Origin: a virus
Lineage: Duplodnaviria > Caudoviricetes
Virus record (IMG/VR): IMGVR_UViG_3300020045_005022
Location: 1 to 37,562 of that record
Reading direction: 5' to 3' (one strand)
Length of the DNA: 37,562 nt
Shown here: positions 35,890-37,562 of the stretch, piece by piece
Layout: the number at the start of each line of letters is the position of its first letter
How positions within the stretch are numbered: the stretch's first letter is position 1
Position numbers and translations under genes: made by a program
The notes under the pieces: model-generated
The model's database searches: none
What the model was told of the DNA's origin: nothing
What the model saw: the letters and a program-made list of their open reading frames with translations, nothing else

Positions 35890-36200
35890 AAATGCCGACT
35901 CTCAGCGGCGCGGCAGTTCGGAACACAAGAAAAATGTGTGTAACTGCTAATGTTGTTTATTCGGCTGAGCATTACGGCGGGAATTGCAATCCACTTACCG
36001 GCTCGTTGCCCCAATGCTCATGCGAATAAATCGCCGTCTTTCCGGCGTGTCATCCAGTTCCGTTCCTGGCCTGAAATATGCGTGAGGGCTATAATCAGCG
36101 TAGAATAATCGTTAGATAGGCTGACGAGAGAACTCTAACATTAAACATCATGTGATTAGTGCATCACAAGCAGCATCACCGTATATCCCCCCGGCGCTGG
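35890..36200 (-). ncRNA. Hairpin-rich intergenic RNA region containing a second copy of the two-hairpin module
   Basis: Stems CGCCG/CGGCG, CCAG/CTGG, TTTATTCG-TGAGCATT/AATGCTCA-CGAATAAA, TGTGAT/ATCACA, GTTAGA/TCTAAC. Confidence 0.5.
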
Positions 36201-36218
36201 GTTCAAAATGTTAGTTAT

Positions 36219-36476
36219 TCAATCGACATCGTCAAAAACAATACCCGAGCCTTGCTTGTGCATATAATCCGCAGCATCCGGAGAGATAGCCAAGTTCTGC
36301 ACCAATTCCAAGCGCAACTGTGACACTTCTTTAGTCGCAGCGTTGGCAACCGATAGCGCAGCAAACATAAGCGCGATACCGATAAAGGCCAGTGCAGCAA
36401 TGACGGCTTTTGCAAGCAGGTAATCGAGTGCGACTTGTGCATCTATTTCGCGCATACGTCGTTTATAGTCAGTCAT
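36219..36476 (-). CDS. Single-pass membrane protein
   Basis: Central hydrophobic helix; ATGA-coupled. Confidence 0.65.
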   Translation of the reverse strand: MTDYKRRMREIDAQVALDYLLAKAVIAALAFIGIALMFAALSVANAATKEVSQLRLELVQNLAISPDAADYMHKQGSGIVFDDVD

Positions 36477-37054
36477 TTTCCAAGCCTCAACTCAATAGCC
36501 ATAAAAATAAAATCTTTGTATTTTTTCCAAAATTCAAGGGCAGATGAATCCATGTTCTTTATTGTTTCATCGTCAAAATCCATCCATTCTTTATGTGTGT
36601 GTCTCTTGCATCCAATTTGCAAAATTTCACAAGTGAAAGTGATAGGATAGGTTTCTATTTGCATCGAAAAAATTACCGACATATTGCCAATGGCACCCCG
36701 AAGATCGGCACCCCGAAGATCGGCCCCCCGAAGATTGGCCCCCCGAAGATCGGCGCCCCAAAGATCGGCACACCCAAGATCGGCACCCCGAAGATTAGCA
36801 CCCCGAAGATCGGCACCCCGAAGATCGGCACCCCGAAGATTGACACACCCAAGATCGGCACCCCGAAGATCGGCACACCCAAGATCGGCACCCCGAAGAT
36901 TAGCCCCCCGAAGATCGGCACCCCGAAGATCGGCACCCAGAAGATCGGCGTTTACTTCAAAAGCCGCTTTCAGCGCTAAAGCAATCGTATTTTTTACAAC
37001 GTCATGACTGAAAATAACAGCACCGGTAAATCTATTTTTTATTTCAATTTTCAT
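36473..37054 (-). CDS. Pentapeptide-repeat protein
   Basis: 17 A(D/N)Lxx-type units between unique N- and C-terminal domains (LQIGC..H..EW). Confidence 0.92.
   Translation of the reverse strand: MKIEIKNRFTGAVIFSHDVVKNTIALALKAAFEVNADLLGADLRGADLRGANLRGADLGCADLRGADLGCVNLRGADLRGADLRGANLRGADLGCADLWGADLRGANLRGADLRGADLRGAIGNMSVIFSMQIETYPITFTCEILQIGCKRHTHKEWMDFDDETIKNMDSSALEFWKKYKDFIFMAIELRLGK
36695..36949. repeat. 15-bp tandem repeat x17
   Basis: Consensus ACCCCGAAGATCGGC. Confidence 0.95.
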
Positions 37055-37067
37055 TTATTACCCATGG

Positions 37068-37307
37068 TTATTTTCGTTTAGCTACATTGCGAGCTGTGCG
37101 TGATGACCTGACATTAGCCATGTGAGCAGGCGTTTTATTTCTCGCGGTCTTTCCAGATTTGCCGCGTGATCTATAAACACCAACTCCAGCTAAATTATTT
37201 TGAGTTTCAACTACATTAAACGCTGTTGATCTAGCGTTTATTGCCATTATTGCGCTCATCATTGCTATTGACCTGCTAAAAGCTTTTGCCATTTTTTTAT
37301 TCTCCAT
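37068..37307 (-). CDS. Small basic protein
   Basis: YRSRGKSGK and an Arg/Lys-rich C-terminus; first substantial ORF after the tL1-like terminator. Confidence 0.6.
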   Translation of the reverse strand: MENKKMAKAFSRSIAMMSAIMAINARSTAFNVVETQNNLAGVGVYRSRGKSGKTARNKTPAHMANVRSSRTARNVAKRK

Positions 37308-37441
37308 TTAGTTATTTTCTTATTGTTGCGATTCGTAAAAAGCGTTAGCTGTGTCGCCAACGCTTTCAACATGATTCATAAATTCTATGTTTGCTCTCCG
37401 GTTGGTTAGTTTTATAAAACACAATTAGCGATTGCGCTTTA

Positions 37442-37562
37442 AAAAACCCGCTCATCACAAGCGGTAGAGGATTTACAAAGTAGCGCATCTTCTTTGTACA
37501 AACAATACTGGCTCAATATGTTTTGTACAAATCCCTCGTCCATGAGGGTTTAATATTATTCG
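37442..37562. repeat. Terminal direct repeat, copy 2
   Basis: Identical to 1-121. Confidence 0.97.

Noticed and set aside
35960-36030. tRNA gene
   Set aside because: No TTCGA T-loop, cloverleaf or CCA end
36593-37007. CRISPR-like array, and alternative-frame ORFs (TPKIG, RRSAP, VPIFG)
   Set aside because: No spacers; these are shadows of the pentapeptide-repeat gene
37068-37307. Basic protein as an N-like antiterminator
   Set aside because: It lies downstream of the first terminator and lacks an N-terminal arginine-rich motif; not excluded but unsupported

Overview
The window appears to be a complete, circularly assembled dsDNA tailed phage genome of 37,441 bp; bases 1-121 recur exactly at 37442-37562. 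It has a lambdoid layout with a podovirus-type virion module. The host is probably a proteobacterium (sigma70 promoters, boxA, IHF-like site, spanins). Around the circle: a leftward early arm (Sm-fold protein plus a Ser/Gly/Trp/Arg-repeat ORF, pentapeptide-repeat protein, ERF, HTH proteins); a divergent cI/cro-like switch; Rha-ANT antirepressor; O-like initiator with iterons and a P-like partner; a nin-like region (N6-adenine MTase, NinB, Ref-like HNH, SSB, VRR-NUC, DUF6378-like); an inverted two-gene moron; terminases, portal, a fibre cluster, scaffold and major capsid protein; a free-standing HNH endonuclease; an Acb2/Tad1-like protein; tail and ejection proteins; and a lysis cassette. The most unusual points are: (i) the slot where lambda has N (pL, nut-like site, long stem, gene, terminator) holds an Sm-like gene coupled to a 31-unit NGGAGC repeat ORF; (ii) a covarying two-hairpin RNA module occurs twice in the leftward transcript; (iii) the only recognisable endolysin is broken by an internal deletion and frameshift, and no integrase, partition or Q gene is recognisable; (iv) a structured capsid-gene leader hides the ribosome-binding site. 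All family assignments come from reading motifs by eye; no searches were run.
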